A stretch of 64,000 nt of DNA, taken from assembly GCA_001724265.1 (NCBI GenBank), contig MEDY01000051.1, positions 1 through 64,000 of the forward strand, written 5' to 3'. The DNA comes from Rhizaria sp. SCN 62-66 (Eukaryota). The position numbers and the translations under genes are program-made. Positions within the stretch are counted from its first letter, which is position 1. Each line of letters opens with the position of its first letter. Positions 14,608 through 24,315 of this stretch are shown one piece after another. The notes below the pieces were generated by a model. The model worked only from the letters and a program-made list of their open reading frames with translations, had not been told where the DNA came from and searched no databases.

Positions 14608-17600
14608 ATGTGGCTGACGTCGCTGCTGACGGGCCCGCCCCGCGTGGCTGGCGCGCCCCGCCGCCCGCCGCTGTCGCTGCTGCTCAGCTCGCAGGTCTCG
14701 CGCCTCCGCGCGCTCTGGTCGCGCACGCGCCCGCAGTGGCTTACCACGCTGCTCCGCGCTCTGCTCGCGCTTGTCCGCTCGCTGCTGCGGTACCGGCCCG
14801 TCGCGTTCGTGTATAACACCAACGTCGCGCTCTTTCGCGTCGTGTTCGATGTCGCCCGCTGCGCCGCACGCTGGACCGTCTACCTGTTCGACCCCGCCGC
14901 GGTCACCACGCTCGCGCTCAAGCACTACGTCCTCCTCTGCGCGCTCTACGCCGTACTCATTGTCTGGCGGCTCTGCTTCCAGGCCTCGGCCGCGCGCCTG
15001 CGCAGCGCGATAACGCTCTGGCTCTCGCCGCCCGCCGTCCGCGCGCGCGCGCACGCGCTGCAGCGCGAGCTGGAGGCCGCCGAGAGCTACGCGCAGTGGC
15101 GCCGCGCTGCTGAAGGACTGGACGCGCTCGACGCGCGGTCCGCGGAGTGGAAAAGTCAAGCCGCGTCGTCGTTGTACGACTTCCGGCGCATCTCGATGCA
15201 CCTGCTGCGGCTGCGCGAGCTCTACGACGCGCGCGACACGCAGGGCCTCATGTGGTTTCTCCGCGCCTCGCTCGTGCGCAACATCGTCGGCATTAACCAC
15301 AAGCACCTGTACAGCCGCCTCCGCGCCGGAACAAAGACTTTGATCGAGGACTACATCAGCGAAGTCGTGCGCGCGCTGCAGCTCGTGTGTGTGACCCCCT
15401 CGCCCGCGCTCTCACTGCAAGACAAGCTCGCGTTTTTCAACGAGACGCGGCACGCGTACGGCCGCTCAGCGCTGCTGCTCTCGGGCGGCGCGACCCTGGG
15501 GCTGTATCACACGGGCGTGGTGCGCGCGCTGGCTGAGAATCAGCTGCTGCCACGCGTCATCGCAGGCTCCTCCGTCGGCAGCATTATCTGCGCCATCGTC
15601 GGCACGCGCACGGAGCCGGAGCTGCTGGACCTGCTCTCCGGCCGCGCGGGCGCGCTGAACCTCTCCTTCTTCCCGTCAAACGAGAGCTCCGTGAGCCGTA
15701 AGGTGCGGCGGCTGCTGTACGAGGGCCGTCTCATGGACATCGACATCCTCAGCCGCGCCGTGCAGTCTAACGTGCCGAACCTGACCTTCCAGGAGGCATT
15801 CGACCGCACGGGCCGCATCGTCAACATTGTTGTTTCGCCCGCCGCTAGCGCTGGCAACCGCGAGCGGTTCCGCATCCTCAACTACCTGACCGCACCTAAC
15901 GTGCTCATCTGGTCCGCCGCGCTGGCGTCGTGCGCGATCCCCCTTGTATACCAGTCCGTGGAGCTGCTGGCCAAGGACGACCAGGGCAACACCGTGCCGT
16001 ACTTGAGCAACGAGAGCGTCAAGTGGGAGGACGGGTCCTTCTCGCTCGACCTACCCATGGCGCGGCTGTCCGAGCTCTTCAACGTGAACCATTTCATCGT
16101 CTCGCAAGTCAACCCGCACATCGTGCCGTTTCTGACGTTTCTTCCGGACATCGACGCCGGTCACGCTGCGGGCACGGGCGCGGCCGCGCGTAGCGCCGGC
16201 GGCGTCCGCAGCGCGCCCTGGGACTTCCTTTGCAACCCGGTGTCGCGGCTCCTGCGCTTCCTGGGCCAGTCGCTGTCGCAGCTCGTGCTGAGTCTCGGCG
16301 ACCTAGGACTCGTCCCCGTGCACTCGTACGTTGGCGCGCTGCTGAACCAGTCCTACACGGGCGACATCACTATCCTGCCGAGCCAAATCACGCACCGCGA
16401 CTACCTGACGCTGCTGCACAACCCGACGCCCGAGTCGCTGGATAGGCAGATGCGCGCCTCGCAGCGCGACTGCTGGGCCATGCTGCCGCGCATCGAGGCT
16501 GCGTGCGCCATCGAGTTCACGCTCGAGGAGTGCGTCGCGCGGCTCCGGGGCGTGCAGCTCATGGAGGCCTTCCAGAAGCGTACCAGGCTCATCAACAACG
16601 CGAACGCGATGAACGCTGCGAGTGCGGCGGCGATCCCGCTCGGCAGCAGCTTTGTCGGCGCGCATGTTGACGCGATGGGAAGCAGAGAGAGACTAATGTT
16701 GCAGCAACAGCAGCAGCAACACTCTCGCAGTGCTTCGCGCTTGCACCAACATGCGCACTCGCAGTCCCTGTCGCGGCCGCAGTTTGCACACTCACAGTCG
16801 CTGTCGCAGTCGGATCTGCCGCCGGAGCAGAAGTATGCGCAGTATGCCGTCCCTCTGCAGTCCCAGGTGCGACCGCTACAGCAGCAACAAAGGCAGAGCC
16901 TCCCGGGATCTGTGCCTCAGCAGCAGCAACAGCAACACAAGGGTCCGTTCAGCGCCCTCGCCCCCACAGTGACCGTGTCGGCCACTGGCAGGGGTTCGCA
17001 GTCCGGCGCGACCGTGAACACCACAGGTTCCTGGTCCGGCACCATGGGTTCCGCTGTGGGCGCCACGGGTGCGCCGATCCGCCGTGCGTCTGCGTCGCTG
17101 CTCAGTCTGAAGCTCGAGCGCGAGCGCAGTCGTCGCAGTGACCCACCGCGGTCCGCGCAACAGCAACAGGAACAACAGCGGACGCATCAGCAGGCGCACA
17201 GGACAAACACCGGCAGCGCTGTGACCACGGTGCAGTTGCACTCTGAGTTCCCGTCTGGCACCGGAGGACTGCGTCTCTCCACGACCACAACGGCAGCCCC
17301 CGTCGGCGGCGTTGATGTGACTAACAACAGTAGTAGCAACAGCAGCAGAGCGACGCACAGCGTTGTCGCAGGCGGCGCCAGCGCGAACATGTGCCGCGTG
17401 CGCTCGTACGCTGCGGACATGCTGTCATTTGGGCCCCTCTGTATGCCCGAGCCCCAGTCGGAATACTATCAACCTCAGAGTGCGGCGCAGCCAAGTCAAG
17501 CAGTCGCTACGACCACGGCAATGCGTGTTAACTCTGATGACAAGCGCCGGTCTTCCTCTACTGCCACAGCTGCCGCCGTCAACGCCGGCGTCGTTGCAGC

Positions 17601-20600
17601 GACTGGCGACCGGGATAGCGAGGGCGACCTCTGCGACGTCGCCGGTGATGACGCGGAGGAAGAGACTGTGAGCGTTTCGTTTACCGGTGGTTCCCCGCTT
17701 GGCGACCAGCTTTTCGTCGACGACTACTATGCCGCGAACAACGCGAGCAATGGCGAACCTCTCATTGGCACTGCCGCGGGCGGCAGTAAAGCGAGCTCTG
17801 GCGCGAGGCAGGATGTCTGCGGCGAATCTTCAAGCGTCCCCCCTGGGGTCACCGACATCAACGCTCTTCCTGCTGCGAACAAGGACGCCGCAAGCGCTGC
17901 GGGCGCGGGTGGCGGCGCTGGTGCGGATGCTGCTGGTGCCTATCTGTCACCCGGCGCTCAGTCCCAGCTCCAGTCCCCGCCTGCCTCCGCCGCCGCGCTC
18001 GCTGCTGCGATACAGTCTGGCGCCAACGCCCCTGACGACGACGCAGGGTTCGGAATCTCTCTCGTGCCCCTCTCCCCGCCGCATTCGCAGTCGCAATCCC
18101 ACACCCAGTCCCACCCTCTGTCGCTACTGTCACCGTCCGTGCTGTCGCCCTCGCTGTCGAGCGACCCGCGCCGGCCGTACCGCGCCAGTCTCGCGGCGCA
18201 GGACGCGCTGGCGGTGATGGACCTTGTCGATGACGTTATCGGGGCGAATAACGCGGTTGTCAACGCGCCGCTTGTCGACGGTACTGCGCACCTACGCCAC
18301 TTTGCTGATGACGATGAAGCCACTGTTCAGAGCCAGTTTGACTCGACTTATGGGCGTTTTCCGGGCCAGGAGCAGCAGTCGCAGCAGCTGGAACCGCTGC
18401 GTCCGCAGATTATCGGCAACGCTAACAGCATCTACATGGGCAGCCGCAGCAGTCGCAGTAGCTTTGGTTACGATCAGAGCCAGAGTCACGCTCATGTCGC
18501 CGCTGTTCCCACAGCCTCTGATGCTCTTGGCCACCCGACGGCGCAGGGACGGCGCCTGAGCATTGGGCTCACTGTGTCGCCTTCGCACATGTTCGCACTC
18601 GACGGCGGTGTCGCGCCCGCCTCATCCAGCGCTGAAGTGAGCGATCACATGCACACCACCGCGGAGACTCACGATGGCGATGACGGTGCCGTTAATGCTG
18701 CTGCACCGTTGCCGAACCCGACTGTGATCATGCCGTCCGCTCTCGTGGCCACAACTTCCGCAGCCTCTGCGCCTGTTGCTCCGACGACAACAGCAGCTGG
18801 GCCGGCCGTGACCACTCTTGTTGCCCCTGCCTCTGCTCCTCTACCTGTTCCCGCCTCTTCTGTTTCTGCGCCTGCTGTAACGGCAGTGTCGGTGGCGACA
18901 GGCTCCTCGGCGTTCGAATCGACCCCGCAGCGTCCCATCTCGCGGAAGTTGAGCCGCCAGCAGCTTGCCTTCCTCACCAACACGCCCTACCAGCAGTACC
19001 CACAGGCGCAGTTGCAGTCGCAGTCGCCCGTCCCTGTGCTCGGCCCGTCCCTCTCGAGCGTCAGCCACAGCAGCAGCGCGTACGGCCACCCCGCTCTCAG
19101 CCTCGGCCTCCCCGCGGCAGTCTCGCTCTCGCCCCAGTCGGGCACCGTCTCGCTCACTTCCGCGCCCGCGCCTGCTGCCGCGCCCGGCTCCGCCTCCGCT
19201 CCCGCCACTGGGTTAATCACTGCCGCTGCGCCTGTCCCTGGAACTGCTGCCTCTGCTTTTGCTCCCATCTCGGGTGCGCCGGCGCTGTCTGCGCTCACTG
19301 GCGCCTCGACTCTAGTTGGCGCTGGCGGCGCTGGTGTTCTGGCCGAGGACCGCGGCGACTGCAGCGTGCTGGAGCAGTTGTGGGCGATCGCGCCCGTGGT
19401 CAACGACCGCGGCGAGCTCGAAGTTGAGCAGAGCCCGGGGCCGAGCCGCGGGCAGAGTCCGGGCTACGAGTACGCGCACAGCCACGGCCACAGCCACAAC
19501 CAGGGGTATGACTACAGCCAGAGCCAGAACGGGAGCAATAACAACAGCTATGGTGACGGTTACGACGACCATACCGGTGACGGTGAGGACTACAACAGTC
19601 CTGTTGGTGTAGATGCGCACAAAGACGGCGGCGAAGACGAAGGCGTGGCCTTGTGCTCTGGGCCTGCGTCGCGCTCACAGTCGCGGTCACGGTCGCGGTC
19701 TCGTACGCGGGCTCGCTCGGGCTCGGATGCTGATGAGGAGGACGGCTCTGAATCTGATTCGAACTTGAACAGTTCTAAAACACGCGCTAAAGCTAAGACC
19801 CAGTCACCGACGCATCCCCCTTACACAACGGGCAACACTGGCTTCATCGATCTCGACGCTGACGACACCGCGACGGGTTTCGTGATGATGCAGCCGAGCG
19901 CACTTGCTGCGAAGCCCGCAGCTCCTGCTCCTGCCACTCCCCACCCCACAACCGCTCCTCTCAGCGCCGCAAGCGTCGCCGGTGCTGGTGCCCACGCGGT
20001 CGGACACACGCGGCCTCGGTCGCACACGGACGCTGAAGTCACTGGCTCAAGCACTGGCATCGACGCCGACACTGATACTGGCGCTGCTGGTGCTGCTGCA
20101 ACGCAGCGCAAGCGTAGTGGTGCTGGCGTTGTTGCCGGCGACAATGAGCTTGACCACGACGCCGACGGCGACGCCGCTGTGTACGCGTCGGACTCGTACG
20201 ACAGCAACGACAACGACGGTGCTGGCAGTGTGAGCAGTGGCACTCAAAACAACAACATCAGCGCCGCCAGTGTCCCCAAACACGCAACGACGCACGGCCA
20301 CGCTCGCGGACACGGCCAGGGCAGTGCGCGCAGGGGCAGGCACCGCAGCAGCAGCGGCAGCGTCGCGCACAGCCACGGCCACAGCCACAGCGGCAGCTAC
20401 CGCGGCAGTCTCGACTCAGCTGCTGCTTCCGCAGTTGCAGCGCTGCCACAGTCCCCGTCGCAGCCGTACGGGAGCGTTGCGCACAGTCAACAGCCGCCAG
20501 CGCCGGGCACTCCCGCTCCGGCGCAGCCCCAGCTGCCGCTGCCACTGTCGCTCCCGCGTTTCCGCGCGACGATGCCGCGGCAGCTGTCTTCTGTGCAGCT

Positions 20601-21384
20601 CGCCAGCGTTCTCGCACAGCCTCCGCTGTCGCAGTCGCACTCTCAGTCGATACCGCTGACGAAGTCGCTGGCCCAGTCTCTGTCGCTCGCGCCGTCACAG
20701 CAGGGGCGCGCGTCCCCGGCTCTAGGCTCGCTCAACGCGTCCGCGGCCGCAGTGTCGCCTCAACAGCTGCAGCAGCAGCAGCAGCAACGGTCGCGGTCTC
20801 CGGCTCTTGTGCTGTCGCCGTCGCAATCATACGGATACGCACAGACCTACCTGCAACAACAGCGGCCGGGAGGTCAACAATCGTATGAAGTTGCGAAGTC
20901 ACTCTCTATGTCGCCGCTCCAGGCGCATCAGACCCAACGGCTGTCGCATTCGAAGTCTCAAACCATGTTGCCGGCGGCTCCCGACTTTTCTGATGCTGCG
21001 ATGGAGACAGCAGCTGTTTCATCAGCCTCTTTTGTGGCGGCTGCCCCTACTGTCACCCTTGTTTGTGGCCACCATGGCTCTCTTTCGCTTGAAGGTGGAC
21101 AGCCAGAGCAGTTGTCGCAGGCACAGGCGCAGCCGCAGCTGAACCAGGCACAGCTCCAATCACAGCCGCCGGTGCAGCAACCGAACAGGGGCATGGTTCG
21201 CGCTTCCGCTTCTGCGCGCGCTCTCTACGGGCTGTTATCGGGTGATACAGGACCTGGGGTTACAAGCTCTTCAGGTGCAACGACATCCAATGAAGCAGCA
21301 ATGGCCCAAAATGTCACTGAATCAGTATCTGGCCAGGTGAGTCCGAGTGATGACGATGCATACCGCGCGTATCGGAGCGAATAA
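14608..21384 (+). CDS. Patatin-domain triacylglycerol lipase (SDP1/Tgl3-5 family) with about 1600-aa disordered C-terminal tail; 2258 aa, no intron needed
   Basis: N-terminal hydrophobic segments; DUF3336-like region (YAQWRRAAEGLDALD..WK; LRASLVRNIVGI...LY...GTKTLIEDYI); oxyanion SGGATLGLYHTGV; nucleophile GSSVG; LNYLTAPNVLIWSA; catalytic DGS; LSELFNVNHFIVSQVNPH. Ends TAA. Confidence 0.9.
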   Translation: MWLTSLLTGPPRVAGAPRRPPLSLLLSSQVSRLRALWSRTRPQWLTTLLRALLALVRSLLRYRPVAFVYNTNVALFRVVFDVARCAARWTVYLFDPAAVTTLALKHYVLLCALYAVLIVWRLCFQASAARLRSAITLWLSPPAVRARAHALQRELEAAESYAQWRRAAEGLDALDARSAEWKSQAASSLYDFRRISMHLLRLRELYDARDTQGLMWFLRASLVRNIVGINHKHLYSRLRAGTKTLIEDYISEVVRALQLVCVTPSPALSLQDKLAFFNETRHAYGRSALLLSGGATLGLYHTGVVRALAENQLLPRVIAGSSVGSIICAIVGTRTEPELLDLLSGRAGALNLSFFPSNESSVSRKVRRLLYEGRLMDIDILSRAVQSNVPNLTFQEAFDRTGRIVNIVVSPAASAGNRERFRILNYLTAPNVLIWSAALASCAIPLVYQSVELLAKDDQGNTVPYLSNESVKWEDGSFSLDLPMARLSELFNVNHFIVSQVNPHIVPFLTFLPDIDAGHAAGTGAAARSAGGVRSAPWDFLCNPVSRLLRFLGQSLSQLVLSLGDLGLVPVHSYVGALLNQSYTGDITILPSQITHRDYLTLLHNPTPESLDRQMRASQRDCWAMLPRIEAACAIEFTLEECVARLRGVQLMEAFQKRTRLINNANAMNAASAAAIPLGSSFVGAHVDAMGSRERLMLQQQQQQHSRSASRLHQHAHSQSLSRPQFAHSQSLSQSDLPPEQKYAQYAVPLQSQVRPLQQQQRQSLPGSVPQQQQQQHKGPFSALAPTVTVSATGRGSQSGATVNTTGSWSGTMGSAVGATGAPIRRASASLLSLKLERERSRRSDPPRSAQQQQEQQRTHQQAHRTNTGSAVTTVQLHSEFPSGTGGLRLSTTTTAAPVGGVDVTNNSSSNSSRATHSVVAGGASANMCRVRSYAADMLSFGPLCMPEPQSEYYQPQSAAQPSQAVATTTAMRVNSDDKRRSSSTATAAAVNAGVVAATGDRDSEGDLCDVAGDDAEEETVSVSFTGGSPLGDQLFVDDYYAANNASNGEPLIGTAAGGSKASSGARQDVCGESSSVPPGVTDINALPAANKDAASAAGAGGGAGADAAGAYLSPGAQSQLQSPPASAAALAAAIQSGANAPDDDAGFGISLVPLSPPHSQSQSHTQSHPLSLLSPSVLSPSLSSDPRRPYRASLAAQDALAVMDLVDDVIGANNAVVNAPLVDGTAHLRHFADDDEATVQSQFDSTYGRFPGQEQQSQQLEPLRPQIIGNANSIYMGSRSSRSSFGYDQSQSHAHVAAVPTASDALGHPTAQGRRLSIGLTVSPSHMFALDGGVAPASSSAEVSDHMHTTAETHDGDDGAVNAAAPLPNPTVIMPSALVATTSAASAPVAPTTTAAGPAVTTLVAPASAPLPVPASSVSAPAVTAVSVATGSSAFESTPQRPISRKLSRQQLAFLTNTPYQQYPQAQLQSQSPVPVLGPSLSSVSHSSSAYGHPALSLGLPAAVSLSPQSGTVSLTSAPAPAAAPGSASAPATGLITAAAPVPGTAASAFAPISGAPALSALTGASTLVGAGGAGVLAEDRGDCSVLEQLWAIAPVVNDRGELEVEQSPGPSRGQSPGYEYAHSHGHSHNQGYDYSQSQNGSNNNSYGDGYDDHTGDGEDYNSPVGVDAHKDGGEDEGVALCSGPASRSQSRSRSRSRTRARSGSDADEEDGSESDSNLNSSKTRAKAKTQSPTHPPYTTGNTGFIDLDADDTATGFVMMQPSALAAKPAAPAPATPHPTTAPLSAASVAGAGAHAVGHTRPRSHTDAEVTGSSTGIDADTDTGAAGAAATQRKRSGAGVVAGDNELDHDADGDAAVYASDSYDSNDNDGAGSVSSGTQNNNISAASVPKHATTHGHARGHGQGSARRGRHRSSSGSVAHSHGHSHSGSYRGSLDSAAASAVAALPQSPSQPYGSVAHSQQPPAPGTPAPAQPQLPLPLSLPRFRATMPRQLSSVQLASVLAQPPLSQSHSQSIPLTKSLAQSLSLAPSQQGRASPALGSLNASAAAVSPQQLQQQQQQRSRSPALVLSPSQSYGYAQTYLQQQRPGGQQSYEVAKSLSMSPLQAHQTQRLSHSKSQTMLPAAPDFSDAAMETAAVSSASFVAAAPTVTLVCGHHGSLSLEGGQPEQLSQAQAQPQLNQAQLQSQPPVQQPNRGMVRASASARALYGLLSGDTGPGVTSSSGATTSNEAAMAQNVTESVSGQVSPSDDDAYRAYRSE

Positions 21385-22253
21385 TGTCACATAGGTGACA
21401 TTTAACCGACTTAATATCGAGGTTGTATTTTAATTCTACATATTTATTGAAGTTATATTTTGAATAAAGCTTTCCTTGCAGATGTATATCGCTTTTAATA
21501 TTGAAATCTGACCCTTCGCCCAGGCAAGGCGGCTAAACTTCCCTGGACCGGCCAGTCTGCCGTGCCCAGTTCGGCCGGTTGCAGGAGAGAGAGTCTGTGG
21601 GCGAGCGGGCCGAGGCAGCTCGGGCCGAGGCGGCTTGCGGGCGGGGGGAATTGTGTAATTGGCATTTGACTTTTGCCTTTGTGAGAAGAGTGAATGCAGA
21701 TTTTGATAATGTTTTGTTATGGTCTCTCGACGAACGCGCTTTGAGCATTTCGCGCTTCTGTGGGGGCACGCGCGTTGGGCTTGGAGTCAACGACTAGCAT
21801 TTATCATGACTTTCAAGCCCCTATGTTTTGCTGCGGCGTGCATACGCTGGGTGTTATCTTTGTAACGGTTTTTTCACACACACTCTTTTAAACCTGTGCT
21901 CTCTCGACTTTCTTTCGTCTCGAATAGGCGTGACAGCTTGCTCGTCACACCCCCTTCCCTGAACCTCGGTCTCCCTCTCGTCGCCGCCCACTCTCTCGGC
22001 ACGTCCTAGGTACATCGCTGTTCTGCTTCAGCTCGATTATGCGACTGATATGCTTTTATCGGCGCCACTGTCTTCGTCTCGGCGATATACGGGTTAATTT
22101 CAGCTGCGCATTCCCACACCTTTCTCCTCCACTCCACCTTCTGCCTCCTCTCACGCTTTCTTCTTCTCACCTCTCATGCACGCCTAAACCGCCCGCGTAG
22201 CGCATTTCCCGCGCCTTCACACGATTGCGTCTGAGTTTTCCCACGTTTCCGGC

Positions 22254-24250
22254 ATGTTTTCCCACTCCACACAAGACCCGGCTCGCGCTCGGGGAGGCTT
22301 TTCGCCATATCCAGCTTACGTGTCAGCAACCGCCCCTCCCGCACCCGGCTCTATCTCCGTCTCTGCCACCGGCGCTGGCGCAAACCCCGCAGCCGGCGTT
22401 GCCGGTTCCGGTGTCGCGCCCGCCGCGGGTCTGTTCTCTGTCGCCACCACGTCGCCGTCGCCTTCGCCTTCCGGCATGCTCAGCAACGCGGCCGGCGCGA
22501 TTAAGAACCCCGCTGACACTAAAAACACTCCTGGCGGCGGCAGCACTTCCCACAGCGGCTCTCTCGACTCCAGCGCGGCCCCGTCGTCTGGCCTCGCGGG
22601 TCTCCCGCAGGCCGTGCGCCCCGCGAAGCCCGCGCCGATTTTCACCGGATCCTTCGCTCCGTTGCTGCCCGGCGCTGGCGCGGGCCCCGGCTCGGCCCCT
22701 CTGATGCAGGCGCAGCACCAACACTACCACGGCGCCCACGGCCAGCAGGGCCACGGCCTCCACGGCCAGTTCGCGCACCACCAGAGCCACGGCAGCCACG
22801 GCGGCGGCCTCGGCGGCTCGCTCGCAGGCTTCGACGTCACCATGTCGGCCTCGACGCAGCCCGCGAGCCCCGGCTCCGTGGGTGGCGCCGGCTCTAGCTC
22901 CGCCTCCGTCCCCGGCGGCTCCGCGCTCAGCCCGTTCCCGTTCCCGCCCGTCTCCGCCACCGTGGCCAACGCGTTCTCCGGCGCCAGCTCCAGCGCGAGC
23001 TCCAGCTCCGGCGCGGGCTCGGCGCAGCAGCAGGGCGGCCACCTCAGTCCCAATCCGCATCTGCACCCGCACAACCAGCCTCAGTATCCGCCGTCGCACG
23101 CGCACGCACACACGCCCAACCCCAGCTTTAGCAGCGGCATGGCCGGCGCCGGCGGCCAGTTCCAGCCCCACGGCGGCCACGGGCTTGCGCAGTACGGCGC
23201 GCTGCCCCCACCGCCGCACCTGGGCTACCCGGGCGGCGCGCACGGCCACGGCCACGGCCACGGTCACAGCCAAGGTCACGGCCACGGGCTGTCGCCGCAG
23301 CCGCAGTCGCAATCGCCCGCGGGCTCGTTCCCGTCCTCGACGCCCACGACGTCGCGCTTCCTCTACCCGACGGCCAACAGCAACGGCGGAAGCAACAGCG
23401 GCAGCAACGCGCATAGCAACGCGCAGGGCCTGCAAGGCCAAATGTCTCAGGGTCAAATGCCCCAGGGCCAGCAGGGAGGCCAGTTCGGCGGCGGGCTGAG
23501 ATCGCAGTCGCAGATGGCTGGCCTCCACTCTATCGCGGCGTCCTCAGCTCACGGCCACTTCGGCATGATGGCTACGGCGTCCCCCGCGCTGCCCACAGCG
23601 GCCTCCCCAGCGCCCACCTCGGTCTCCACGACGCTCTCGTCCTCGGTCTCGGTCGCCGCCCCCGCCAGTGGCCTCGCCGCCCCCGCGCCTACCTCGGCCT
23701 CGGCCTCCGTGTCCGGTGGCGCTGCTGGCGCTGCTGGTGCCGCCTCTGGCGCCGCTTCAGGCGCCACCGGCTCCGCCTCCGGCAAGGGCCCGGTGGTGCC
23801 GAACGCGAACCTGTACGTGCGCAATTTGCCGCTGCACTGGACAGCGACCGAGCTCACGGCGTACTTCGCCCCATTCGGCGCGCCCGCGTCGGTGCACGTC
23901 ATGGCGGACCCCGTCTCGGGACTCTCCAAGGGCGTCGGCTTCGTCCGCTACCCGCACCTCTCCTCGGCCAACGCGGCCATCGCGGCGCTGCACAAGGTCG
24001 CCCCGCTCGACGGCGCCAAGGTGCTCGTCGTTAAGTACGCGGACCGCAACGACCGCCCGCCGCGCTCCGCCGTGCTCGGCGCTGCGGGCACCGTAGGCTC
24101 TGTTGGCGGCAACGGCGGCGGCAACAACAATGCCGCCGCTGGGGGCAACGCGCCCGCGGCTCTCGCAGCGGGGCTGCTGGGACAGAACGTACGGCAGCAG
24201 CAGCTGCTGATGAGCATGCAGGCGATGCAGGGCATGGCCGGGCTGATTGG

Positions 24251-24315
<65 letters not shown>

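Noticed and set aside
21520-21660. GC-rich island between the lipase and RRM genes as a possible ncRNA
   Set aside because: No recognisable tRNA/snRNA/snoRNA motif or convincing long stem; more likely promoter sequence.
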